DNA of 64,000 nt, from positions 116,116 through 180,115 of the forward strand of contig JANOQI010000046.1 in the NCBI GenBank assembly GCA_031414775.1, written 5' to 3'. The stretch comes from Synechococcales cyanobacterium VAR_4_metabat_354. GTDB lineage: Bacteria > Cyanobacteriota > Cyanobacteriia > Cyanobacteriales > Chamaesiphonaceae. Under the pieces are notes generated by a model. That model saw nothing but the letters and a program-made list of their open reading frames with translations, did not search any database and had not been told where the DNA came from. Positions within the stretch are counted from its first letter, which is position 1. Each line of letters opens with the position of its first letter. Positions 33,399 through 42,904 of the stretch are shown here, one piece after another. The position numbers were made by a program, and so were the translations under genes.

Positions 33399-34907
33399 AT
33401 GACACTCTCGATAGCTTCGCTTGCGCCTCAGGCGATCGATCACAAAACCCTCCTCCGCTCCCAAGAATTATCTAATCTGCAATACCAGGCTAATTCTGTC
33501 CATTTTGATGAAACCTGGCGAGCGCCGTTAGCCACATTACTGGGCTTAGGTCGTTCAGCGGGGGCGGACTTGGTGGAATTCTTTTTAGAAAAAGTCAATT
33601 ACATTAGCTGCATGGCTGAAGATGACACCATTACCAGCGTTAGCCCCCGCTTATCGACTGGAGCCGGGGTGCGGGTATTTGTGGGTAAATCTGATTGCTA
33701 TGTCAGTACTAACGATCTGTCGTTTAAGGGTTTAAAGCTAGCGCTGGAGAAAGCTTTGGGCATTATGGGTCTACATTTGCCCACCCCTCAAGCTTATATC
33801 CCAGAAATCAATTTGGAATGGCTGCGCGACTATGCCGTGAAGGGCAAAAAAGAAAGCTGGATTGCGGCTTGTAGCCCCATGCGCGAGATTGGCGATGTGC
33901 TGCTGTCTGCTAATGCCCAATTGCAAAAGGAAGCCAGCCATACTCAATCCCGGCGGGCTGTTTACTTCCGCGACTGGCAAGAGATTTTGGTCGCCGCTAG
34001 TGACGGCACTTTTGCTCGGGATATTCGCCTGACGCAATCGGTCGGTTATAACTTGCTCTGTGCCGATGGTGCTAATCGATCGAGCATTGGTCAAAGAGTT
34101 GGTAATACCAGCGACCCCCAGTTTTTGCTGAACTGGAAATACGACGAAACAGCGGCGGATGTCGCCGAGTCAGCGGGTAAGATGCTCTATGCCGACTATG
34201 TAGAATCCGGCAGCTATCCAATTATCATGGCCAATAAGTTTGGCGGCGTAATTTTCCATGAAGCCTGTGGTCATTTGCTCGAAACCACCCAGATTGAGAA
34301 GCAAACTACGCCGTTTATGGACAAGAAGGGTGAAAAAATTGCCCACGAAAGCCTAACAGCTTGGGATGAGGGTTTATCGGGTCAGGAATTTGGTTCGATC
34401 GAAGTCGATGATGAGGGAATGCCCGTCCAAAGGACGTTGTTGATTGAGAAAGGAATTTTGAAGAATTTCATCTCCGATCGAGCGGGTTCAGTGCGGACAG
34501 GTCATCCTCGGACGGGCAGCGGTCGGCGGCAGGGTTTCAACTATGCGGCAGCCAGCCGGATGCGCAACACTTATATTGCCCCTGGGGACTTCAGCCTTGA
34601 TGAATTGTTTGCTTCAGTAGACAAAGGCATTTATTGCAAAAAGATGGGCGGCGGGAGCGTTGGTGCTACTGGGGAGTTTAATTTCTCGGTAGATGAAGCT
34701 TATTTGGTGGAGAACGGCAAAGTGACCAAGCCATTGAAGGGAGCAACTTTGATCGGGGAGGCCAAGGAAATCATGACCAAAATCTCGATGTGTTCGCAGG
34801 ATCTGGGTTTGGCAGCAGGTTTCTGTGGTTCAGTCAGTGGCAGTGTTTATGTAACTGTTGGTCAGCCCCATATTAAGGTTGATGAAATTACGGTGGGCGG
34901 CAGATAG
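33399..34907 (+). CDS. tldD: TldD/PmbA family metalloprotease
   Basis: [17 protein letters not shown] (HExxxH), DDEG, RMRNTYI, CGSVSG, GQPH. Confidence 0.92.
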   Translation: MTLSIASLAPQAIDHKTLLRSQELSNLQYQANSVHFDETWRAPLATLLGLGRSAGADLVEFFLEKVNYISCMAEDDTITSVSPRLSTGAGVRVFVGKSDCYVSTNDLSFKGLKLALEKALGIMGLHLPTPQAYIPEINLEWLRDYAVKGKKESWIAACSPMREIGDVLLSANAQLQKEASHTQSRRAVYFRDWQEILVAASDGTFARDIRLTQSVGYNLLCADGANRSSIGQRVGNTSDPQFLLNWKYDETAADVAESAGKMLYADYVESGSYPIIMANKFGGVIFHEACGHLLETTQIEKQTTPFMDKKGEKIAHESLTAWDEGLSGQEFGSIEVDDEGMPVQRTLLIEKGILKNFISDRAGSVRTGHPRTGSGRRQGFNYAAASRMRNTYIAPGDFSLDELFASVDKGIYCKKMGGGSVGATGEFNFSVDEAYLVENGKVTKPLKGATLIGEAKEIMTKISMCSQDLGLAAGFCGSVSGSVYVTVGQPHIKVDEITVGGR

Positions 34908-34916
34908 GGTTTCAGC

Positions 34917-34950
34917 TGCGCTCAGCCTAATAAACTGATGTCTGAGCGCA
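34917..34950. repeat. REP/SDR-like palindrome between convergent tldD and tamB
   Basis: TGCGCTCAG (34917-34925) ... CTGAGCGCA (34942-34950). Confidence 0.5.
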
Positions 34951-34990
34951 ATAATTTCTGGAGGTCAGGTCGGTATTATTACGCCAACCA

Positions 34991-37900
34991 TTAAAACCGC
35001 TGCTCAAACTCCATCAGGATCCGGCCATCACCACTAAAATTAGAAGAACCGCGCAGTAATAGCTGATTATCAAGCTGGTAACGAACACTATATTGTGGTG
35101 GATCCGAACCGGTGAGAATCTGGAATAGAGATAGCGACAGCTTGTCACTAACATTAATGCCAACTTCTCCAGCTAAACCCAGGGTAGAAGTTGTGCTACT
35201 TTTACTCTGAGAAAAACTGGGGTACAACCGGAAATCGCTTAACCCCAACAAATCCCCCACAGAAGCTTGTAAATCCCCAAAAGAACTTAGCAGTGAAGTA
35301 CCAGCTAAGCTTAGCAAACCATTGCCCACTGCTTCTTCACCAGCAGTAATCTTACCCAAACCATTGCTGAGTAGCAATAATATTTCGTCTTTACTGCGGG
35401 GTGGTTTACTCCGTAAAAATTCGGCATCATCTAGCTTCAGTTGGCTCAGCGGTAAATCTTTGATTGTTGCTTCAATCTGGACACTTTGCACTTGCCCTAA
35501 GCTAGTAGAGAAAGTATCACTGACTTCGCGGCGTTCATTTCCCACCGTTACTGGCAAGCGCGAAGTTTCTAACACTTTCGTCGATAGGTTGAGATTAACA
35601 TTGGCATCGGTACTACCATTGAATTTTGCAACATTATTGTCGCCTGTTAACCTAAACTTATTCGTAAATAAATTAAACTGGCCTCGAGGTAAATTCAACT
35701 TGCCGGTGGGTATCGGTCGATCGATCGTACCATTGAGATTCAGTTCGCCATTGGCCAGCAAACTAAGTAAGCCAAATTGTTCAAGAGCTACTTCTTCACC
35801 CAAAACCACCTTCAAATCTTGGAACTGTACCGGGTTATTTTCGTTTGATGTAGTTGTGCTAGATGAATTAGCTGTAGTTGTGTTTTGGGAGTCATCATCA
35901 CTACTGCCACTCTGGCTGGGCAAGATTACTTTACCCTTAGCTAGTTTGATATTCCCCCCAATGATAGGCTTGGTAATACTACCTTGTCCTAAAACTACAC
36001 AACCACTAACTCCTCCTTCATATTTGTCTTTGAGGTTGACCTGTACATTATCAAAAGAAACAGCTAAAGGCTGTTCTGCGGATGGAATTGGAACATTAGC
36101 TGACTTGTCTAGACAAGTTGCTGGTTGATTGAAGGATAGTAGGTTGTTAATGGGAATACTGCCTACCGCTGTCACTGGAGTATTACCATACTTACCGTTT
36201 AGCTTATCTACTTGCACTCGATCGAAGTCAAATATGACATTGCTATTGAGAGCGGTGACGTTATCCGAAAGTGAGTCAAACTTGATTACGGCATCTTGCA
36301 AGTTAGCCGATCCATTAGCACTCTTCCAGGTCAGATTTTGCTGATTGAGTCTACCTTTAGCTGCTAAGTCAACCTGACCACTACCACCCATCCACAGTGC
36401 CTGCTGTTGGGTCAAGACATCTAGCATTTTCATGCCTTGATCTTGGAGGTGAAGATTGAGAGAAACTTCATTGTTAGTTGGTGCTACCGAGGCAAAAGGT
36501 AATTGATAGGGAATGCTCCCAGAAATCTTAATCGGTGATTCACTAATCCCACTAGCAGTATTATTGGTATTTATAGTGTTATTTGCTACTACACCATTGC
36601 TATCAAACTGGAGTCGAGATTTAGCATATGAAAAATCGGTGTTGATGACCGGTACATCAGATTGATTGAACTTGCCATCAACAATTGAGGCTGTGCCAGA
36701 TAGCTGTGGATCGAACCAGCTACCACTTAGCTGTGCTTTCAGATTTATATCCCCAGAAATTTCTACTGGTAGTTGGAAAGCGGTGGAGAGCCGCTCGATC
36801 GGGAATTTTTCGACTTCGATTTGAGCCGCCTGTCGATCGATCCCAAAATCCCCTTTCACTTTGATCTTGGCATTGGTAGATAGTAAATCTAAAGCGGCTA
36901 AACTCAATGCCCCATTCTGCCATTTGCCTTGCATATTGACTTTGGCAAGTTGGTATTGATCGACAATCCACCGATCACCCTTGATATTAAAGCTGGCATA
37001 GGAGCCAGCTTGCGGTGTATCGCTAACGACAATTGTGCCAGTAAAATCTCCATCTAATTTACGCAAATCTGGTAGCGGGTTGTCCTGTTGCAGTTCTGAT
37101 TGAGCCACTTGCAATCGCTTGATTTCCGATAGTCGATCGATCTGCTCCTGAAGGCTAGTCAATTCCGAGCCAGCTGATTGGGGTTGTAAATCGCTGGCGC
37201 GGCCATAATCTCGATCGCTAAAAGGATTGATCAGATCGCTGATTGAAGAGATTTGAAAGAGGTTACTCACATCAGCTAACTGACCATGGGGCACTTGGAC
37301 TGTTACTTGATATTCAGGCTGTTTGCTAGTGGTGGATACCCGCGCCGTGATCAGATATTGGTTGCTGCCGCGCCGAAACTCTCCACCATCAACTTCCAAT
37401 AGCCCATTAACATATTTCAAACTGCTACTTTGCAGTCGATCACCAACTACATTACCAATGCGGGGCTGATCAACCACAATATTTTTGCCAGTAACGGCTC
37501 CACTAGCCAAATTAACGCTCATGCTACCACCGATCAAACCACTCAATCGATAGTTGTCAATTTGGGGCATGGGGGGCAAGAAGCTAATTAGTAAGCCCAC
37601 TGGAATATTTTGGGTGGTGACTTGCAAGTCATTGCCAACCATTTGACCTTGAGCAATGGCATCAGCTAGGCGAGCAGCGAATCGGAGGGGCTGATTATTT
37701 TCACCCAAATTCAGTTCTAGGCGATCACGCTGACCAGCTAAGAGCAAATTTAATCCCTGTCCAGGTATAGTTTGGATTTGACCAGTTAAATTTGGCTCTA
37801 GGTTCAATTTCGCTAGGCTAAGACCAGTCAAACTAATTTGACTATTCACCTGCCAGTTGGCCGGATTAAAAGAGTCAAAATTGCCTGCTATTTGACCAAC

Positions 37901-40900
37901 GGCATTGAGTTTCCCGGCTTGTAGCTGTTGACTCAACATACTATTAGGCAACAATTTAGCTACAGTAGGTAGGTCTAGCTGCTCGGCACTAAATTGCCCT
38001 TGCCAAGCTCCGTTAGCTACCTGTCCGGCCGTTAGCTGAATACGACCATTACTTAACTCTAGTTGGCCGGAGCCAGAGCCAGTTAACTGCTTGGTATCAA
38101 AGGATTTCAAGTTGCCACTTAATTCAAAATCGCTGGTCAGTTTGGCACTTTTCCAACCAGGTGGTAATGGTAATGGCAGTTGGGCGAGGGATACGGCCTT
38201 GGTTTGAAATTCACCATGCCACTGATCGCCAGTTAGTTGGAGGTTTTTAGCAACAATCTCACCACTAGGTAACCGAAAACGGGCACTGCCTTGTGCTGTT
38301 TCGACGCTGGGTTGTTGTAGTTGACCAGCTAACTGAAATTGGCCATCCATTTGAGCTGAAGATAAATTGTCAGAGAGATTCAAGGGCAACTGCTGGAGTT
38401 CGATCGAACTCAATCCAAACAAGCCCTGCCATTTACCACCATTGACTCTCAGACCCTGAGCCGTCATAACGCCCTTGCCTAGGTTTAAGCGACCATTGCC
38501 TACCAGATTCAGACTATCGGGTGTAAAGCGATCAATCTGTCCACTAGCTTGAAAATTACCAGTAACCGTGGCCGCTGACCAAGGTTTCGGCAAATCGGCA
38601 TCAATACTACCCAAGCGTAAGGCCGCTAGTGATAAATCGCTTTGCCAACGACCAGCCTGGAGCTGAAACTGCTTGGCGACTAGTTGGCCACCACCAGCAT
38701 TTTGCAGCTGACCGCTGCCAGTAGCTTGCAAGTTAGCGGCATTCATTTTTTGTAAGTCACCAGCCAGATTGAACTTACCACTCAATTTACCGCGCACGTT
38801 GGGAGTAAATTGGCTAACTTCTAAATTTTCGGGAGTAAATTCACCTTGCCATTTTCCACCGCGCAGTTTGACATTACTAGCCACCACCTGACCAATTGGC
38901 AAATGGAGAATGCCGTTACCCTGTCCCTGAATAGCGTTGGGAGTCAGCTTTTGAATATCACCATTGAGGTTGAACCGTCCACTTAGCTGGCCTTTAGTTC
39001 GGGGATTAACCTGACCCAGATCGAACCTATCGGAACTAAATTCGCCTTGCCACTTGCCCTGGGCGAGCTGGATATTTTGGCCAGTAATTTTTCCTTGACC
39101 CAGCACGATCGATCCATTCCCGATCGCTTGCACTGTCTCGGGGCTAGTCTTATTCAAATTTCCCGTTACCCGAAATTTACCGCTGAGCTTGCCAGGTAAT
39201 TTCGGATCGATCTGCGCTAGCAGCAGCTCATTAGTTTGGATATCGCTCTGCCACTGGCCTTGTCCGAGCCGGAAATTAGTAGCTTGGATGATACCAGCTT
39301 TAGTCTGGAGCTGAAGTTGACCTTGGCCTTGCAGGCTATCACTATTTCCTTTGGTGAGGCCACTGATCAGCATCTGGCCGCTGACTTGCCCCGCTAAGAA
39401 AGCCGGTAGTTTCGGCGCTTGGCCTGGGGCTGCTGGTGCCAGATTTGCTAATGTTTGACTATTGAGCTTGGGGATCTGGACATTCATCCGCCAGCGCTCT
39501 CGATCGACATTCCCCACGCCCACGATTTCCTGACCAGCAACCTTGACCCGAGCCTGTTGAATTTGGACATTACCCTGAGGCGAGATCCGCAGATTGGCAC
39601 TACCGGGATAGGCTGCTTGCGGCGCATTAATCTGGAGGTCGGTGGTTAGTTGATCGATACTACCAAAAACTTGACCAGTGACACTGGTAAGACCCATGGC
39701 GATCGGCAGCTGCTGACCATAGGTTTTCGCCAAGACATTGGCCGGTAATTGATTGCCCTGGATATTAAAGCGGAGTTGGGGCTGCCCGGTAAGAGTGATT
39801 TCACCATTGCCGATGATGGCACCGCCCAAATTTGGCAAAGCCGAAATACCACTAAGTAAGCATTTCTTGTCTTGAAGAATAAAATTACTAGCAACTTGCT
39901 TAAACTGTAATCGATCGATCTGTGCCGCTCCGATAGTTTGTACCTGACCAGAAAGAACTGGCTCGGTGAGTTTACCCTTCAAAGCTAAGTTGGCTATTAC
40001 CTGACCAGCGATCGGAACTGGCGATCGAACTTTCAGTGCTTGAGCTGCCAGCGCTACTGGTACCGGGGCGATTTGGGCTTGGAGATCGTAGCCCTGTTGG
40101 AAATCGATGGTGCCAGCAATCCTCCCAGGTAATTGACCGTAAAGTGTAGTTACATTTTGGAGCTGCACGGCTTGGGGCAAAATCTTGACCGTGCCACTAG
40201 CCTGTTGAAACAACTGTGGCACCTGATTAACTTGAAAAGTAGCTTGGTGAACTTGAACTGTCCCCTGCACCACTAGTGGCTTTTGCGGCTGGATATCGAT
40301 GTTAATATTGCCATCTACTAGGCCGCTTTGAAAATCCACTGCCGGAATTTTCATTAGACCCCGCGCTTGAGCAACATTAAGCGCTTGACCATTAATTTCT
40401 ACATGCGTAGCTTGAGTAACTAAAGAGCTATTACCCTTGATCGCAATTGTGGATTTTTGATTATTTTTAGTACCTTCTAAACTATCAACTTGCCCAGTGC
40501 CATTAAAGTTGACTACCTGAATTTTGCCATCTTTACTTTGAAAATTAGTGCTCAGATCGGTGTCTCGAAAACTGATTGGCTTTTTAGTACTAAATGGCAC
40601 TACCGTGCCCCGGGCTTTCTGAATATGGACAGCCTGAATTTCGGTTTTTATTAATCCCGGTTTTTCGGGTGGTTGAGTAGGGATTTTCAGCCAGTTGCCC
40701 TGGGCATCTTGTTCTAAATATAAATCTGGTTCCAGAATAGTAATATCTGGCTTTAGTGTGCGCTGCCAAAGGACTGCAAGGGGGTCAAAACGGATGTTAA
40801 CGCCCTTAATGGCAACTTTACTGGCACTGGTTCGATTAGCGGCCAGACTGGATGCCCCAAAATTAATTTCGTTGAGACCGATATTTTGAAGTTGGCCGAG

Positions 40901-41125
40901 GCTGACATCTCGATCGAGAGATTTACTCAGTTCCTTAGCGATTGTGGGGGATAAATTTCGGGCAACCCAGGTGCTTAGTCCTAAAAAGCTGATCGCCCCA
41001 ACTCCCAGCACACTCGCCGTCGCAATACCACCAATTTTCCACCAATTTCGATCAGCAGGAGACGATCGATCGGCACTACTATTTTCTGGATTAGGGGAAT
41101 TGACTTGTTTACGGAAGATGCTCAT
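34991..41125 (-). CDS. tamB: Translocation/assembly module TamB (AsmA-like) protein
   Basis: 2044 aa, N-terminal TM anchor, all-beta Gly-rich body, DUF490-type C-terminus (SKPPRSKDEILLLL, YSVRYQL, MEFEQRF). Confidence 0.88.
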   Translation of the reverse strand: MSIFRKQVNSPNPENSSADRSSPADRNWWKIGGIATASVLGVGAISFLGLSTWVARNLSPTIAKELSKSLDRDVSLGQLQNIGLNEINFGASSLAANRTSASKVAIKGVNIRFDPLAVLWQRTLKPDITILEPDLYLEQDAQGNWLKIPTQPPEKPGLIKTEIQAVHIQKARGTVVPFSTKKPISFRDTDLSTNFQSKDGKIQVVNFNGTGQVDSLEGTKNNQKSTIAIKGNSSLVTQATHVEINGQALNVAQARGLMKIPAVDFQSGLVDGNINIDIQPQKPLVVQGTVQVHQATFQVNQVPQLFQQASGTVKILPQAVQLQNVTTLYGQLPGRIAGTIDFQQGYDLQAQIAPVPVALAAQALKVRSPVPIAGQVIANLALKGKLTEPVLSGQVQTIGAAQIDRLQFKQVASNFILQDKKCLLSGISALPNLGGAIIGNGEITLTGQPQLRFNIQGNQLPANVLAKTYGQQLPIAMGLTSVTGQVFGSIDQLTTDLQINAPQAAYPGSANLRISPQGNVQIQQARVKVAGQEIVGVGNVDRERWRMNVQIPKLNSQTLANLAPAAPGQAPKLPAFLAGQVSGQMLISGLTKGNSDSLQGQGQLQLQTKAGIIQATNFRLGQGQWQSDIQTNELLLAQIDPKLPGKLSGKFRVTGNLNKTSPETVQAIGNGSIVLGQGKITGQNIQLAQGKWQGEFSSDRFDLGQVNPRTKGQLSGRFNLNGDIQKLTPNAIQGQGNGILHLPIGQVVASNVKLRGGKWQGEFTPENLEVSQFTPNVRGKLSGKFNLAGDLQKMNAANLQATGSGQLQNAGGGQLVAKQFQLQAGRWQSDLSLAALRLGSIDADLPKPWSAATVTGNFQASGQIDRFTPDSLNLVGNGRLNLGKGVMTAQGLRVNGGKWQGLFGLSSIELQQLPLNLSDNLSSAQMDGQFQLAGQLQQPSVETAQGSARFRLPSGEIVAKNLQLTGDQWHGEFQTKAVSLAQLPLPLPPGWKSAKLTSDFELSGNLKSFDTKQLTGSGSGQLELSNGRIQLTAGQVANGAWQGQFSAEQLDLPTVAKLLPNSMLSQQLQAGKLNAVGQIAGNFDSFNPANWQVNSQISLTGLSLAKLNLEPNLTGQIQTIPGQGLNLLLAGQRDRLELNLGENNQPLRFAARLADAIAQGQMVGNDLQVTTQNIPVGLLISFLPPMPQIDNYRLSGLIGGSMSVNLASGAVTGKNIVVDQPRIGNVVGDRLQSSSLKYVNGLLEVDGGEFRRGSNQYLITARVSTTSKQPEYQVTVQVPHGQLADVSNLFQISSISDLINPFSDRDYGRASDLQPQSAGSELTSLQEQIDRLSEIKRLQVAQSELQQDNPLPDLRKLDGDFTGTIVVSDTPQAGSYASFNIKGDRWIVDQYQLAKVNMQGKWQNGALSLAALDLLSTNAKIKVKGDFGIDRQAAQIEVEKFPIERLSTAFQLPVEISGDINLKAQLSGSWFDPQLSGTASIVDGKFNQSDVPVINTDFSYAKSRLQFDSNGVVANNTINTNNTASGISESPIKISGSIPYQLPFASVAPTNNEVSLNLHLQDQGMKMLDVLTQQQALWMGGSGQVDLAAKGRLNQQNLTWKSANGSANLQDAVIKFDSLSDNVTALNSNVIFDFDRVQVDKLNGKYGNTPVTAVGSIPINNLLSFNQPATCLDKSANVPIPSAEQPLAVSFDNVQVNLKDKYEGGVSGCVVLGQGSITKPIIGGNIKLAKGKVILPSQSGSSDDDSQNTTTANSSSTTTSNENNPVQFQDLKVVLGEEVALEQFGLLSLLANGELNLNGTIDRPIPTGKLNLPRGQFNLFTNKFRLTGDNNVAKFNGSTDANVNLNLSTKVLETSRLPVTVGNERREVSDTFSTSLGQVQSVQIEATIKDLPLSQLKLDDAEFLRSKPPRSKDEILLLLSNGLGKITAGEEAVGNGLLSLAGTSLLSSFGDLQASVGDLLGLSDFRLYPSFSQSKSSTTSTLGLAGEVGINVSDKLSLSLFQILTGSDPPQYSVRYQLDNQLLLRGSSNFSGDGRILMEFEQRF

Positions 41126-41491
41126 CCAAATTTACAGCCAAATGACGTTACAACCTCACACATCAGTGGGTTTAAGAATAAACTACATGCCCAACTGGTA
41201 TTGAAATTTATTAGGAGTCTTGATCGTTGCTAATTAAAATAGCATTGACTTAGTCCTCTCTCCAGGATACCCACTTTTGGCGACAGTAACCTATTTTCAC
41301 TAGTTTATATCTTTTATGGGCGGCAGTTTTCTCTAAAGTATTACTACTTCTGGTAATGGGCAAATTCAGCCACATACTGCATTCTTGAGCTAGCCATTCT
41401 AATTCTGGTCTTGTTGGATTTTCGCTGCTTCAGTATTGAATGATGACTAGAATTTATCGTATCGCTGAATTCATGTTTTTTGCACAAGCCG

Positions 41492-41527
41492 CAAAGAATC
41501 CCCTGTGTTTGTACAGGGGATTCTTTG
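41492..41527 (-). terminator. Stem-loop terminator after secreted protein A
   Basis: CAAAGAATCCCCTGT / ACAGGGGATTCTTTG perfect 15-bp stem. Confidence 0.75.
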
Positions 41528-41591
41528 TTGATTAAGAATTGGCTAGTCTTAACTTATCAACGACAGATAGTGTTAGCCATTTGCCTAATAG

Positions 41592-42275
41592 TTACTTTAC
41601 TAAGCCAGGCAAGAACTTTAGGCCAGCAGAAGAACCGGTGTAAGTATAAGCCGTGTTAGTAGAATTCACAGTGGCGCTACTAGAACCTTTACCAGTAGCA
41701 TTGTGAGTAGCACTGGCTTTACCGCTAACATTGAGTGAAATATTGCTGCTGCTGCCGCTAGCATTTTCTTTAGAAGATTGACTAGATAGGGAAGCATTCA
41801 AAGATTTTTTGTATTTTTCAACAGTTACATCTTTGGAAGACTGTGTAGAACCAGACTTATATTGATTCTGGTTAGCTGCAAATGCGATAGCAGCTTCTTG
41901 CTGATATGTACCAGCAGCAGTGTATTCATGAGAATTCTGTTCAGCTGTATGCATTGTAGTAGCTGCGTAACCAAAGCTTACCGGGGTGCTGAAACCATCA
42001 GCATTAGCTGTAGTGCCATTTTTGCTGCTAGAAGAATTAGCCTTGGCTGAGGTTTCGCCAGTGGCGACAGCTGCCGAAAGTTCACTAATGCCAGTACCAC
42101 TACCACTAGCATTGCCACCAGGAGTAATGGAGAACTGACCTTGAGTGTCAGAGTGCTTGTTGAATTTGATTGATACAGCAGCAGCAGTAGAACCAGTGTC
42201 AGCTAAGGCAGCGATGGGGCTGAAGATAGCGCCAGCAGCAATAACGATCAAAGCAATTTTAGTAGAGAAAGACAT
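41592..42275 (-). CDS. Secreted Ser/Thr/Ala-rich protein A (paralog of 45457-46137)
   Basis: Sec signal (ALA-DTG), no Cys, near-identical N-terminal domain to the paralog. Confidence 0.85.
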   Translation of the reverse strand: MSFSTKIALIVIAAGAIFSPIAALADTGSTAAAVSIKFNKHSDTQGQFSITPGGNASGSGTGISELSAAVATGETSAKANSSSSKNGTTANADGFSTPVSFGYAATTMHTAEQNSHEYTAAGTYQQEAAIAFAANQNQYKSGSTQSSKDVTVEKYKKSLNASLSSQSSKENASGSSSNISLNVSGKASATHNATGKGSSSATVNSTNTAYTYTGSSAGLKFLPGLVK

Positions 42276-42842
42276 GATTTTTATGTTCCTAGTTTTCAGT
42301 AAGTAATTGTGTGTTCTAGAGAGAAGTGTTTTAGCTCTAGCTCGTTAATCAAGCAGACTCTTAAAGCAATGGCTTCATCCTAGTTTTAGATTAGCCATTT
42401 CATTAGGTCTGGTTAGTGAGACTAACAGATGTTTCGGTGGAGTTTCTGAATCTGCTCACCGAGTTTTATTTTGCAATTTATTACACCAAATTTAAAATAT
42501 TTAAGGTGTAGCTACTTGCTATAAAGCTCAGTCAGAAGTGATTTATTCTTTCCACATTTCTAATATTACAGGTTGATTTCAGGGCTGGCAATAGAAAAAT
42601 ATTTCTTAAGTAATAAGACGGACATTTGTCAGCAACAATACTAAAATAGACAGAAAATAAAAAATTGTGAGTTAATACAAATTTCGTACTAATAAATAAA
42701 CAACGTTCATAGTCCAATCTCTGAAAGCTTTGTAGATTGGGTAATCAAAAATCCTAAATGCTTGGTTTTCACGAAGCTAACAATGGCTTTTATCTATCAA
42801 TTTAGATTGCTTGAATAAATAAATATGTAGATGACCAATTAA

Positions 42843-42869
42843 ATACCCCACCACAAATTGGTAGGGTAT
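42843..42869 (-). terminator. Probable terminator after the 790-aa gene
   Basis: ATACCCCACCA..TGGTAGGGTAT imperfect stem followed by T-rich tract on minus strand. Confidence 0.5.
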
Positions 42870-42904
42870 GGCAATATATATTTTGGAATACAGACATTTT
42901 TAGA

